From NCBI GenBank assembly GCA_964016885.1, contig OZ024742.1, forward strand, positions 268,584,001 through 268,648,000: DNA of 64,000 bases, read 5' to 3'. The notes under the pieces are model-generated. The model was given only the letters and a program-made list of their open reading frames with translations, had not been told where the DNA came from and made no database searches. A program made the position numbers and the translations under genes. Of this stretch, positions 63,277 to 64,000 are shown one piece after another. The DNA is from Eledone cirrhosa. Its lineage: Eukaryota. Positions within the stretch are counted from its first letter, which is position 1; the number at the start of each line of letters is the position of its first letter.

Positions 63277-64000
63277 ATAAATGGAAAAGAATGAAATTAA
63301 ATTTCATTTCTCAAACTTATTACGGCTGATACTTAAATATAAGTATGTATACGTGCATACATATATGTATACAGACGTACAGTAGTATATATATATATAC
63401 ATGCACCCATATATACATGTACGTATGGCTTTACCGAACATTTATTATAATGTTCGGTTTGTATGTAAACAAACAGCCCGAATTAAGCCGTACAGTGTTC
63501 GGCAACCATCGTCGCCTTTTTGTTGAACACTGACAAAGGAACGATGAACTAGTTTCGAGCTCATTAGCTATCATCAGCATCGTATACCTTCCTGTCAGAT
63601 GATTGAACGTTTGAAAGTATATACTTTCCTTATGCATATTAATGGTTGAGCAGCCTAATTTGCATATCGAATGAGTTAGTCGGCCGGGTGTATCGAAAAT
63701 GATAAATGGAAAAGAATGAAATGAAATTTCATTTCTCACACTTAGTACGGCTGATACTTAAATGTATGTATGTATACGTATATACATATATGTATACAGA
63801 CGTACAGTAGTATGTATATATATACATACATGCACACGTATATACATGTACGTATAGGTTTACCGAACATTTATTATAATGTTCGGTTTGTTTGTAAACA
63901 AACAGCCCGAATTAAACCGTACAGTGTTCAGCAACCATGGTTGCCCTTTTGTTCAACACTGAGAAAGGAACGATGAAGTAGTTTCGAGCTTATTAGCTAT
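63277..64000. repeat. 425-bp-period tandem repeat with a hammerhead in each unit
   Basis: ataaatggaaaagaatgaaat at 63277 and 63702; the second unit runs off the window. Confidence 0.92.
63530..63598 (-). ncRNA. Minimal type I hammerhead ribozyme (family D)
   Basis: ctgaca gg aagg tat acgatg-CTGATGA-t agct aatg agct c-GAAA-ctag-TT-catcgt t cctt tgtcag; long stem I, palindromic loop III. Confidence 0.8.

Overview
Animal (not prokaryotic) genomic DNA, AT-rich and dense in microsatellites and transposons; the SINE and repeat content suggests an octopod cephalopod (inference). No intact host gene is visible. The window holds seven Tx1/L1-clade LINE copies and several restriction-like-endonuclease (R4/Dong-type) LINE fragments, most forming a ~22 kb nest around (TTA/TAA)n tracts at 32.5-55.1 kb. 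It also holds decayed Penelope-like elements (PLEs), a hAT transposon with an 8-bp TSD inserted in a PLE, non-autonomous Helitrons, RTE and pogo fragments, and about ten tRNA-derived SINEs. The most notable signal is at least five unrelated families of type I hammerhead ribozyme motifs in non-coding tandem or inverted repeats flanked by (TA)n, concentrated at 57.8-64 kb. One of them has a compensatory U3-A8 catalytic core (UUGAGAA instead of CUGANGA). A chain of largely phase-compatible, stop-containing exons suggests an unidentified + strand pseudogene across the window. All structures were read by eye; no folding or database searches were run.
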